Assembly (NCBI GenBank): GCA_965247115.1 | Contig: CBDFGR010000003.1 | Location: 1,280,001 to 1,344,000 of the forward strand | DNA from: Myxococcota bacterium | Lineage (GTDB): Bacteria; Myxococcota_A; UBA9160; SZUA-336 | Length of the DNA stretch: 64,000 nt | Direction: 5' to 3' | Part shown: piece by piece, positions 46,899-56,986 of the stretch | How the letters are laid out: every line of letters starts with the position of its first letter | Numbering within the stretch: the stretch's first letter is position 1 | Translations under genes and position numbers: made by a program | The notes under the pieces: generated by a model | The model's input: the letters and a program-made list of their open reading frames with translations, nothing else | What the model was told of the DNA's origin: nothing | The model's database searches: none

Positions 46899-49526
46899 TC
46901 AGCTGGCGAGCGAGCGCTCGAGCAGCTCGACGGCGCGGTCCAGGGCCTGCGGGATCTTGTCGCCCTCTGTGCCGCCGGCCTGGGCGAAGTCCGGGCGGCC
47001 GCCGCCGGAGCCGCCGACGAGGGGGGCGATCTGCTTGATCAGGTCGTTCGCGCTCACGCGCTCGGCCAGGTCCGCAGTCACACCGACGGCCAGGGCCGCC
47101 TTGCGCTCCTGGCGCGTGCCGAGTACGACGACGCCGCTGCGGATGCGCTGTTTGAGCTCGTCGATCATGCCGCGCAGCTCTTTTGGCGTGGCCTCTTCGA
47201 CCTCGCTGGCGATCAGACTCACACCGGACACCTCGCGGAGCGCCAGCATCGGATCCGACCCGCCGCCGCGGCGGAGCCGCGCGCGCGCCTGCTCGAGCTC
47301 GCGCTCGAGCTCCTTCTGCCGCTCGAGCAGCCGGCGTAGCCGCTCCGGGACCTCGGAGGGCGGGGCCTTCAAGAGCTGCGAGGCCGAGCGCAGGGTGTCG
47401 GTCTCGCGGCGCGCCTGCTCCAGCACTCCGAGGCCGGTCTGGGCCTCGACGCGCCGCACCCCCGCACCGATCGCGCTCTGCGAGATGATCCGGAACGAGC
47501 CGATGTCGCCCGTGGCGCCGGCATGGGTCCCGCCGCACAGCTCCGTCGAGGGGCCGAAGCTCACGACCCGAACCGTGTCGCCGTACTTCTCCCCGAACAT
47601 CGCGATGGCGCCGGCATCGATGGCCTGCTGACGGCTCTTCTGCTCGGTGCTCGAGCGCAGGTTCTGGAGGATCAGCTCGTTCACCAGATCCTCGACCTCC
47701 GCGATCTGCTCATCGGTCAGCGGGTCATCGTGCGCGAAGTCGAAGCGCAGCCGGTCTGGAGCGACGAGCGATCCCGCCTGCGCGACCTGAGGGCCGAGCA
47801 CGCTGCGCAAGGCCCAGTGCAGGAGGTGGGTGCCAGAGTGGTTTCGCACCGTGGCGGCGCGCTTTCGGGCGTCGACCCGCAGGGTCACCGCATCGCCCAC
47901 GCGCAGCCTCCCGATGCTGACGCGCCCAGCGTGGATGATCAGTCCCTCTACGGGACTCTGCGTGTCCTCTATCTCGATGCGACCTTCGGGTCCCTCCACG
48001 GTCCCCACGTCGCCGACCTGACCGCCGCTCTCCGCGTAGAAGGGCGTGGTCTCGACGGCGATCTCCACGGGCTCGCCCTCGGAAACGGCGTCGGTCTCGG
48101 CGCCGTCGCGGAGCAACGCGGTGACACACGATGGCTGCTCGAGCTCCGCGTAGCCGACGAAGCGGGAGCTCTGGCGACTCGCCAGCTGGCTGTATACCTC
48201 GCTCGGTGCGCCCCCTCCTGCACCCTTCCACGCCGCCCGCGCGCGCTCGGCCTGCTCCCGCATCAGGGCGTCGAAGGCGGCGCGATCGTAGTCGAGCTCG
48301 TGGCCACGCAGGATGTCCTCGGTCAGATCGGTGGGAAAGCCGTAGGTGTCGTAGAGCTTGAACACGACCTCACCCGACAGACGCTGCCGCCGCTCGCGAC
48401 GCACCTGGTTGACCTCTTCATCGAGCAGCACCAGACCGCGGCCCAGCGTGCTCAGAAACCGTTCCTCCTCGCGCTTGATCGTCTCCTGGATGAAGGGACG
48501 CCGCTCCCGAATATCGGGGTAGGCCGCGCCCATCTCCGCGATCACCACGTCGGCAACCTCGTAGAGAAAGGGTTCCTCCATGCCGAGCAGTACGCCGTGG
48601 CGTGCGGCGCGGCGCAGGACGCGGCGCAATACGTAGCCCCGCCCCTCGTTCGAAGGGAGGATCCCCTCGCCAATGAGGAATGTGCAGGCGCGGGCGTGAT
48701 CGGCCACCACGCGGAGCGACACATCGTTCTCCTCGTTCGCGCCGTAGGACTTCCCAGAGAGCTCTGATCCCCTGTCGAGCAAAGGGCGAAACAGATCAGT
48801 GTCGTAATTGCTGGAGACCCCCTGCAGCACTCTCGCCAGTCGCTCAAGACCGAGGCCCGTATCGATCGACGGCTTGGGCAGCGGCACTCGGCTCCCATCC
48901 TCCTTCTGCTCGAACTGCATGAAGACCAGGTTCCACAGCTCGATGTAGCCGTCTTCGGAGGGATCGCGCCCGGCTTCAAAGGCCTCCGGGTCGAGGATCA
49001 GGTGGATCTCGGAGCAGGGACCACACGGCCCGGTGTCCGCCATCTGCCAGAAGTTCTCACTGTCGGGCAGGCGAAAGATCCGCTCGGTGCCAAGGCCGAT
49101 CTCCTGCCGCCACAGGTCGTACGCCTCCTCGTCCTCTTCGTGGATCGAGACGACCAGTCGCTCGGGGGCGATCTTCGCCACGTTGGTCAGAAAGTCCCAG
49201 CCGTACTCGATCGCCTCCTTCTTGAAGTAGTCGCCAAAGGAGAAGTTCCCGAGCATCTCGAAGAAGGTCTGATGGCTGGGCGAACGGCCCACCTCTTCCA
49301 GGTCGTTGTGCTTACCCGAGACGCGCATGCACTTCTGCGAGGTGACGGCGCGCACGTAGTCGCGCCTCTCCTCTCCGAGAAACAGGCGCTTGAAGGGCAC
49401 CATCCCCGCGTTCACGAACATCAGCGTCGGATCGCCCTCGGGTACCAGCGACCCCGCCGCCACCACCCGATGCCCGCGCTCCTCAAAGTAACGCAGAAAC
49501 TCCCGCCTGATCTCGGCCCCGTTCAT
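46899..49526 (-). CDS. alaS: Alanine--tRNA ligase
   Basis: FVNAGMVPFK, TFFEMLGNFSFGDYFK, IDTGLGLER, HSGTHLLH, ELCGGTH, GGGRPDFAQAG. Confidence 0.98.
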   Translation of the reverse strand: MNGAEIRREFLRYFEERGHRVVAAGSLVPEGDPTLMFVNAGMVPFKRLFLGEERRDYVRAVTSQKCMRVSGKHNDLEEVGRSPSHQTFFEMLGNFSFGDYFKKEAIEYGWDFLTNVAKIAPERLVVSIHEEDEEAYDLWRQEIGLGTERIFRLPDSENFWQMADTGPCGPCSEIHLILDPEAFEAGRDPSEDGYIELWNLVFMQFEQKEDGSRVPLPKPSIDTGLGLERLARVLQGVSSNYDTDLFRPLLDRGSELSGKSYGANEENDVSLRVVADHARACTFLIGEGILPSNEGRGYVLRRVLRRAARHGVLLGMEEPFLYEVADVVIAEMGAAYPDIRERRPFIQETIKREEERFLSTLGRGLVLLDEEVNQVRRERRQRLSGEVVFKLYDTYGFPTDLTEDILRGHELDYDRAAFDALMREQAERARAAWKGAGGGAPSEVYSQLASRQSSRFVGYAELEQPSCVTALLRDGAETDAVSEGEPVEIAVETTPFYAESGGQVGDVGTVEGPEGRIEIEDTQSPVEGLIIHAGRVSIGRLRVGDAVTLRVDARKRAATVRNHSGTHLLHWALRSVLGPQVAQAGSLVAPDRLRFDFAHDDPLTDEQIAEVEDLVNELILQNLRSSTEQKSRQQAIDAGAIAMFGEKYGDTVRVVSFGPSTELCGGTHAGATGDIGSFRIISQSAIGAGVRRVEAQTGLGVLEQARRETDTLRSASQLLKAPPSEVPERLRRLLERQKELERELEQARARLRRGGGSDPMLALREVSGVSLIASEVEEATPKELRGMIDELKQRIRSGVVVLGTRQERKAALAVGVTADLAERVSANDLIKQIAPLVGGSGGGRPDFAQAGGTEGDKIPQALDRAVELLERSLAS

Positions 49527-49563
49527 GCCGGGCAAGATACCAATCTTTCAGATTCCGGACCGG

Positions 49564-49652
49564 TCTTGTGGGACCCGGCCGCGGGCGGCCGCGGCCACCC
49601 ACCTTCGCTCGGCTTCGCCTCGCTGCGCGCCTGCGCTACCGCGCGGCTTGCA
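49564..49652 (+). repeat. Three-hairpin dispersed repeat, copy F
   Basis: Same linkers, with variant hairpins GGC-TTC-GCC and GCGC-TACC-GCGC. Confidence 0.88.
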
Positions 49653-49729
49653 GGGTGCCCACTCCATCGTGGGTCCGGAATCTAAATCATCGTGGGTCGG
49701 GTCTTGTAGGACCTGCAGCGGGACACCCC

Positions 49730-49812
49730 GCAAGCCGCGCGATGGCGCGGCGCGCAGCGAGCCGTAGGCGAGCGAAGGTGGGTGGCCGCGGGCCGCGGCC
49801 GGGTCCCACAAG
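49730..49812 (-). repeat. Three-hairpin dispersed repeat, copy G (inverted partner of F)
   Basis: Reverse complement TTGTGGGACCCGGCCGCGGCCCGCGGCCACCCACCTTCGCTCGCCTACGGCTCGCTGCGCGCCGCGCCATCGCGCGGCTTGC. Confidence 0.88.
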
Positions 49813-49826
49813 GCAACAAGGCAGAC

Positions 49827-51023
49827 CTAAAAACGCTCGATTTTGAGGTCGTCTTCCAGGCTGGTCTCGGCGGGGCTCTCTTCTTCGGCGTCGAGGAGCT
49901 CGAGGTCGTCTTCCTTCGCCTGCTCGAAGTCGTCCCAGGTTCCATCCGAGGTGGCGGAGATCCCCTTGAAGCGCAGAGCGAAGTCGTCGGGGTTGGACAC
50001 GTGCCCGAGGGCAGCCTCGTAGTCGACGAGGCCGTTCTTGACGTGCTGCATCAGCGACTGGTCGAAGGTCTGCATGCCGTAGGTGGTGAAACCTTTGGCG
50101 ATGGCGTCGGTGATCTCCTTGGCCATGTCCTTGTCCGCGATGCACTCGCGGATCCGGGCCGTGGATACCATCACCTCGACCGCGGGGACGCGGCCCTTGG
50201 AGTCGGCGCGGGGAACCAGGCGCTGACTGATGATGCCTTTGATGATGCTCGCCAGCTGCAGCCGGACCTGCGCCTGCTGGTGCGGCGGGAAGACCGAGAC
50301 AATGCGGGTGATGGTCTCGGTAGCGTCGATGGTGTGCAGGGTGGAGAGTACGAGGTGACCCGTTTCAGCAGCGGTCAGGGCCGTCTCGATTGTCTCGAAG
50401 TCCCGCATCTCGCCGACCAGGATCACATCAGGGTCCTGGCGCAAGGCAGAGCGAAGGGCTGACGCAAAGCTGGTCGTGTCCACGCCGATCTCGCGCTGGT
50501 TGACGATGGAGCGCTTGTCGCGGATCAGGAACTCGATCGGGTCCTCGATCGTGATGATGTTGCAGGTGCGGGTGGAGTTGATGCAGTCGATCACCGCCGC
50601 GAGCGTCGTCGACTTGCCCGAGCCGGTGGTCCCGGTCACCAGCACCAGCCCGCGCGCCTCCATCCCGATCTTCTCGACGATTTTCGGGAGGTCCAGCTGC
50701 TCGATGTTCTTCACGCCGAAGGGGATCACGCGGAACACGATGCCGACCATCCCGCGCTGCATGAACGTGTTCACGCGGAAGCGGCCCAGCCCGGCGATCG
50801 AGTACGCCAGGTCGACCTCGTGGTGCTTCTCGAAGTGCGCCCGCTGACCCGGCGTCATGATCTGGTTCACGATCTGGTTGAGCTGCTCTGGTGTGTTGCG
50901 CTCACCATTTCGCAGAGGGACGAGCACACCGTCCACCCGGAACAGGGGTGGCAGACCCGCCTTCAGGTGGATGTCCGAGGCGTTGCCCTTGATCGCGATC
51001 TTCAGAACGTCGTTGAGTTCCAT
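49827..51023 (-). CDS. pilT: Type IV pilus retraction ATPase (PilT/PilU family)
   Basis: GRFRVN, GTTGSGKST, TIEDPIE, ALRQDPDVILVGEMRD, AAETGHLVLSTLHT, GMQTFDQ. Confidence 0.9.
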   Translation of the reverse strand: MELNDVLKIAIKGNASDIHLKAGLPPLFRVDGVLVPLRNGERNTPEQLNQIVNQIMTPGQRAHFEKHHEVDLAYSIAGLGRFRVNTFMQRGMVGIVFRVIPFGVKNIEQLDLPKIVEKIGMEARGLVLVTGTTGSGKSTTLAAVIDCINSTRTCNIITIEDPIEFLIRDKRSIVNQREIGVDTTSFASALRSALRQDPDVILVGEMRDFETIETALTAAETGHLVLSTLHTIDATETITRIVSVFPPHQQAQVRLQLASIIKGIISQRLVPRADSKGRVPAVEVMVSTARIRECIADKDMAKEITDAIAKGFTTYGMQTFDQSLMQHVKNGLVDYEAALGHVSNPDDFALRFKGISATSDGTWDDFEQAKEDDLELLDAEEESPAETSLEDDLKIERF

Positions 51024-51137
51024 ACCCGCCAGACCGCGCGTGGACCCGAAACGCGCAGTATGGGGATCGATCGACGCAATACAGGGGAACCTTGAACTGC
51101 TCTTGCAAACGGCGGGTGGCGGGGATGTCCGACCGGT

Positions 51138-52199
<1,062 letters not shown>

Positions 52200-52209
52200 T
52201 TTTCTTCTC

Positions 52210-52812
52210 CTAGATCTCGGGGGCGAATTCTCGAGCTTCGGCATCCTCTACCTCGAAGAGAGGCAAACGAGCCAGGGGGCTGTAACGGGCGCCGTCGGAG
52301 GAGAGACGGCTCTCGTAGAGTACGACCTCTTGGACCCGGAAAGAAATCTCTTCCGGAGTCACCGCGCGCTCGAGCGCGGCTCGCGCGGGCGAGCGGAGGC
52401 GGCCCAGCGTGAGGTGAGCACGAAAGGGCCGCCGCTCCCGCTCCACACCGATGCTCGCGCCCGCCGCGTCGAGCTTTCGGGCGATCCGGGCCATCTCGCG
52501 GCTTCCCTTGCTGACTCCGAGCCAGACGACACGGGCCGTGCGCGCATTCGGGAGCGCGCCGAAGCCGGACAGCTCGACCTCGAAGGGTGAGACTGGCGCG
52601 AGCTTCGCCAGAGCTCGCTCGACCAGCTGCTGCACCTGACGCTCACCTACGTCGCCGAGGAACTTCAGCGTCAAGTGCAGGTTCTCCGCCGTCACCCAGC
52701 GCACCCCCTCTGGGACCGCGCGTCTCAGCTCCTCGGCCGCCTGCGCCGCCCGCACTTGCGCCGCCGAGGGAAGGTCGAGAGCGAAGAAGGCGCGGAGCGT
52801 CTCGCCGCTCAT
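52210..52812 (-). CDS. thpR: RNA 2',3'-cyclic phosphodiesterase
   Basis: Two HLTL (2H) motifs; located between cinA and recA. Confidence 0.92.
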   Translation of the reverse strand: MSGETLRAFFALDLPSAAQVRAAQAAEELRRAVPEGVRWVTAENLHLTLKFLGDVGERQVQQLVERALAKLAPVSPFEVELSGFGALPNARTARVVWLGVSKGSREMARIARKLDAAGASIGVERERRPFRAHLTLGRLRSPARAALERAVTPEEISFRVQEVVLYESRLSSDGARYSPLARLPLFEVEDAEAREFAPEI

Positions 52813-54113
52813 CTCGACCCCTTTGCGCCGACGCGCAGGCGCGGGAAGGTCTCATCCGGCGTCGGAAGTCCGACGAGGCGCCGTCGCACCCAGTCGAGTG
52901 CCACCTGGGCGCCGAGCTGCTTGTTGCGGCTGCGCTCCCGGGTCAGCTGATACCGTCGGGAGATCGTCCCCTCGGCGTCGGCGAGAGCGACGTAGATCGT
53001 ACCGACCGGAACGGCATCCGTCGCACCCTCGGGGCCGACGATCCCCGTCGTTGCCAGGCCGATATCTGCGCCGCTGCGGCGCCTCACACCTTCCGCCATG
53101 CCGCGTGCCACTGGGTCGCAGACCGCGCCCTCCTCCCGGATCGCCGCCTCGGAGACGCCGAGGTCCCTGACCTTTGCCTCGTTCGAGTACGCGACCACGG
53201 CTTCGAGCAGGTACTCGGAGCTCCCTGGCACGTCGGTGAGGCGGCTCGAGACGAGGCCGCCAGTGCACGACTCGGCGACCGCAATCGTGAGCCCGCGCTC
53301 GCGCAGCAGCTCACCGAGGATCTCCTCCAGGTGGCGCTCGCCCTCCCCCAGGACCGCGTCGTCGAGGCGCTCACACACCCGCGTGACCAGGGCGCGGAGC
53401 CTGGACTCCGCCTCGGCCTCGTCGGCTCCGCGCACCACGACCCTGACGAGATTGTCCGGGAACTGGGTCCGATAGCCCAGCTGGGCCTCCGGATCGCCGT
53501 GGACGAGATCGTCCAGCATGCGATCGAGATTCGACTCCCCGATCCCGAAGGTCCGCAACAGCGCCGCGCGCACGACGCCGGTTCCGTCGAGGCGACCGCG
53601 CAAGCGCGGCATTACCTGCTCGTCGGTCATGCGGTAGAGCTCGCGAGGGACTCCTGGCATGAAGAACAGCTGAGAGCCGTCGACCTCGAGCATGAAGCCA
53701 GGCGCCGTACCGATCGGATTCTCGAGAATCTCCGCTCCCTCGGGAAAGTCCGCTTGCTTGGCGTTGTTCTCCGACATCTCGCGCCCCGACGCGCTGAAGT
53801 AAGAGCGGATGCGCTCGAGAGCTTGGGGATCGCGCACGAGCTTGCGTCCGAACGCGCGGGCTGCGGTCTCCGTGGTGATGTCGTCGCTCGTCGGGCCCAG
53901 GCCTCCGGAAACGAGCACCACGCGTGCGCGGGCGGCAGCTTCGCGCAGCACCTCGATGATCGGCTCAGAATCGTCCGACACGGTCACGTGCCGGGTCGAC
54001 TCGACCTCGAGCTGCAGCATCCGCTCGGAGAGGAATGACTTGTTGGAGTCGACGATCTCGCCGCGCAGCAGCTCGTTCCCGATCGTGACCACCCAGGCCC
54101 CGCGCCTGCTCAC
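52809..54113 (-). CDS. cinA: Competence/damage-inducible protein CinA (MCD + NMN deamidase)
   Basis: IGNELLRG, GGLGPTSDDIT, PGVPRE, AESCTGG, YSNEAK; GTG overlaps the pgpA TGA. Confidence 0.93.
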   Translation of the reverse strand: MSRRGAWVVTIGNELLRGEIVDSNKSFLSERMLQLEVESTRHVTVSDDSEPIIEVLREAAARARVVLVSGGLGPTSDDITTETAARAFGRKLVRDPQALERIRSYFSASGREMSENNAKQADFPEGAEILENPIGTAPGFMLEVDGSQLFFMPGVPRELYRMTDEQVMPRLRGRLDGTGVVRAALLRTFGIGESNLDRMLDDLVHGDPEAQLGYRTQFPDNLVRVVVRGADEAEAESRLRALVTRVCERLDDAVLGEGERHLEEILGELLRERGLTIAVAESCTGGLVSSRLTDVPGSSEYLLEAVVAYSNEAKVRDLGVSEAAIREEGAVCDPVARGMAEGVRRRSGADIGLATTGIVGPEGATDAVPVGTIYVALADAEGTISRRYQLTRERSRNKQLGAQVALDWVRRRLVGLPTPDETFPRLRVGAKGSR

Positions 54114-54573
54114 AAGAGCCCCGCCGGCAATGCGACCCGCCACAGCAGCTGGCCCGCCAGGTTGGCGTACACGCCGGCCACCAGGTCGTCCACGACGACA
54201 CCCATGCCGCCGGGCAGCCGCTCCGCTCTGCGGGCCGGCGGGGGCTTCCAGATGTCGAAGAGCCGAAACAGCACGAACCCCGCCAGGGCCACGTCCAGCC
54301 GCGCCGGAAGAAAGGCCAGGCTCGTGAGCATGCCAGCGACCTCGTCGATCACGATCCGCCCGTCGTCGTGTTTCCCCAGAAGCCGCTCCGCGCGGCCCGC
54401 GATCCAGACAGCCGCGGCCGAGACGCCACCCAGAGCCACCGCATAGAGGCCGGTCGAGAGCGGTGTCAGCACGGCGTACAACCCAGCCCGATGACGGATC
54501 CCGCGGTGCCCGGAGCCACCGGCGAATAGCCGACCCCAGCGCCCGTCGCCGCGAAGAGAATCAATTTTCTCAT
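54110..54573 (-). pseudogene. pgpA: Phosphatidylglycerophosphatase A with a 1-nt frameshift (real or assembly error)
   Basis: ATG 54573 gives MRKLILFAATGAGVGYSPVAPGTAGSVIGL. The rest (HDDGRIVIDEVAG, FRLFDIWKP, GVVVDDLVAG) is in another frame. One extra G in the run at 54482-54484 restores a 154-aa protein. Confidence 0.85.
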
Positions 54574-54765
54574 TGAATATCAGGGACTTCCGCCGCCAAC
54601 AGGGATCGTAGTTCCGTGCCCGGGACCGTGTCAAGAAGAGCGAAAATATAGCGAAACATCGAGTCCCCGACACCCCGAAGATCACCCGCAACCAGGGGGC
54701 TCAAGCAGAGGTGTCTCCTGGTCGATTCGCTCCGGGGGACAGACCACGCAGGGGAGACGTGTCTC

Positions 54766-56535
54766 ATGAGGGAGGGAGCACCGGGCAGGGCAGCGGCGGT
54801 TCCGCTGCTGCTCGAGATCGCGCGTGCCCGACGGGCCCGCGAGTTCTACGCGCCGGGCCACCCGACCCTCTCCGAGGCCCTCAAGCGGCTCGCCCGCGTC
54901 TGGCGGATGGCGCTCTCCGAGGTGGACGAGCTCGAGCTACAGCTCGAGCGCGGCTGCTTCCAGCTGATGGGAGTGTCCGAGCTGCGCGGCCCCGGCATCG
55001 ATGAGCTGGCTGCCGAGCTCGAGACGCGAGGCATCCGACGGCTGCGGATCGGGTCCAGCGTCGAGCCCGCCGAGATGGACGCGCTGATCGATGCGCTCGT
55101 TCACGACTTCTCGGGAGCCGACGAGCTCGAGCAGCTCCTGGCTCGCTCCGACGTCCAGAACATCACGACGACGGATCTCGTGTTCGGCGAGCTACCGCAA
55201 CGCGGCAAGCGCACTCTGCACTTCGAGCGGGAGGAAGGAGAGACGCGACTCCTCCCGGTGGTCTCGCGGGAGCCCGACAGCACTGCGGAGGACGGAACAC
55301 CGACGGCGGTGGACTGTCTGGGTGGCGAGGCGCCCACACCAGTCGTCATGCAGTCGGATGATCGAAAGACCGACCAGGACGACCGGAAGACCGGAGAAGA
55401 CGCTCCGAAGACCGGAGAAGACGCTCCGAAGATCGGAGAAGACGCTCCGAAGATCGGAGAAGACGCTCCGAAGATCGGAGAAGACGCTCCGAAGACCGGA
55501 GAAGGGACTTCGAAGCTCTTGAGCCAGCTTGCCGAGCTGGAAGGCTGCGATGCGCTCGAGCCGTACCGCGAGCTCGCCGACCGGATCCGTGACTTCTCTG
55601 AAGCGCTGCTCGAGGCGCGGAGCTTCTTCGACGCCTATCGCGCCGCCCTGGTGTTCACCCGACACTCGAGCGATCGGCGCGGACACCCGGAGGAGATCTG
55701 CGCGGAGGCAAGGCTCCGCCTGCAGAGCCTGCTGGAGTCTGACGACTTCCTCGGCTTCGTGATCGAGCTCGCCTCGAGCGGGGAGGGCCTCACGTGCGTG
55801 CAGGCGACACAGGTCCTCCTGGCCTGCGGCGAGGCCGTCGTGCCGCGACTGCTCGACGCGCACTTCACGGCGGACGACGAGACGAGCAAGCGCACAGCCT
55901 CGATCCTGATCGCGATGGGTGACGCCGCGCTGCAGGTGATCGTGGCGGAGCTCGACTCGCCCACGCTCGAGCGGGCAAGGCGCGCGGCTCAGCTGCTCGG
56001 CGACCTGCAGCACCCGCGCGCGGTCGAGTCACTCAGCGCCGCGCTCCAGAACGCCGAGAATCCGAGCATCCGACCCAAGGTCGCGCGCGCGCTCGTTCAC
56101 ATCGGGAGCGAGGAAGCGATCGATACGTTGATCGAGGCGCTTCAAGACGACACGGAGCGTGCGGAGCTCGCAGCCCGCTGCCTGGGAGAGTCGCCCGAGC
56201 CGCGGGCCTGCGCCGCCCTGATCGAAGCAATGGAGGAGAGCAGCGGCCGCCAGGAATCTGTGCGCCGCGAGGCGATTCGCAGCCTCGGCAAGCTGGGTGG
56301 AGACGAGGCTCTCGCCGCTCTGCGCTCGCTCCTCGAGCAGGGCTCCCTCCTGCACCGAAGGCGCATACGTCCGCTGCGCATCGCAGCGGCGCAGGCCATT
56401 GCGCGCATCGGCAACAGCTCGGCCCGAGAAGCCCTCGAGAGAAACTCGCGCCACGGCGATACTGCGGTGCGAAAAGCCTGCGGTACCGCGCTCGAGCGTC
56501 TCGGCCCGGCGAGCGACTCCAGCAGCCCCGGCTGA
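54766..56535 (+). CDS. HEAT/PBS-lyase-like repeat protein
   Basis: N-terminal FYAPGHP motif; C-terminal HEAT repeats (AAQLLGDL, VARALVHIG, AIRSLGKLG, AAAQAIARIG). Confidence 0.8.
   Translation: MREGAPGRAAAVPLLLEIARARRAREFYAPGHPTLSEALKRLARVWRMALSEVDELELQLERGCFQLMGVSELRGPGIDELAAELETRGIRRLRIGSSVEPAEMDALIDALVHDFSGADELEQLLARSDVQNITTTDLVFGELPQRGKRTLHFEREEGETRLLPVVSREPDSTAEDGTPTAVDCLGGEAPTPVVMQSDDRKTDQDDRKTGEDAPKTGEDAPKIGEDAPKIGEDAPKIGEDAPKTGEGTSKLLSQLAELEGCDALEPYRELADRIRDFSEALLEARSFFDAYRAALVFTRHSSDRRGHPEEICAEARLRLQSLLESDDFLGFVIELASSGEGLTCVQATQVLLACGEAVVPRLLDAHFTADDETSKRTASILIAMGDAALQVIVAELDSPTLERARRAAQLLGDLQHPRAVESLSAALQNAENPSIRPKVARALVHIGSEEAIDTLIEALQDDTERAELAARCLGESPEPRACAALIEAMEESSGRQESVRREAIRSLGKLGGDEALAALRSLLEQGSLLHRRRIRPLRIAAAQAIARIGNSSAREALERNSRHGDTAVRKACGTALERLGPASDSSSPG
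55366..55512. repeat. 21-bp coding tandem repeat (5 near-perfect + 2 degenerate units)
   Basis: Unit AAGA(C/T)CGGAGAAGACGCTCCG, encoding K(T/I)GEDAP. Confidence 0.95.
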
Positions 56536-56566
56536 CCCGTCCGCTACTGACTGCTAGGGTCTCCGG

Positions 56567-56986
56567 GTGCGTTCCATGGCCCTGGACTTTGGCGAGCGGC
56601 GGATTGGAGTCGCGATCAGCGATCCGTCCGGAACCCTGGCTCAGCCGCTCGAGACCCTGTCCCGACGCGGGAGCTCCGACGCGGCACTCAAGCGAATCGC
56701 CCATCTGGTCGCCGAGTATGAGGTGGAGTGGATCGTCGTCGGCCTCCCTCTCCTGCTCGATGGAACGAGCGGCTCGCAGGCGGAGCGTGCACGCCGCTTT
56801 GGCAGCGAAGTGGCGCACCGGACCGGTGTGTCTGTCGAGTACCTCGATGAGCGCCTGACGAGCGCCGAGGCGCGCCGCGCGCTCAGCGCAGCCGGCGTCC
56901 CTGCACGCAAACAGAAGGGGCGCGTGGATCCGGTCGCGGCGGCGCTCCTGCTCTCCACATTCCTGGAGCGCAAGTCCGCGCCATGA
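56567..56986 (+). CDS. ruvX: YqgF/RuvX family nuclease
   Basis: ALDFGERRIGVAISD, VVGLP, DERLTS, VDPVAAALLL. Confidence 0.93.
   Translation: MRSMALDFGERRIGVAISDPSGTLAQPLETLSRRGSSDAALKRIAHLVAEYEVEWIVVGLPLLLDGTSGSQAERARRFGSEVAHRTGVSVEYLDERLTSAEARRALSAAGVPARKQKGRVDPVAAALLLSTFLERKSAP

Noticed and set aside
54574..54691. N-terminal part of the 193-aa pgpA ORF in the track
   Set aside because: It is not PgpA-like. The conserved N-terminus starts at 54573 in another frame.
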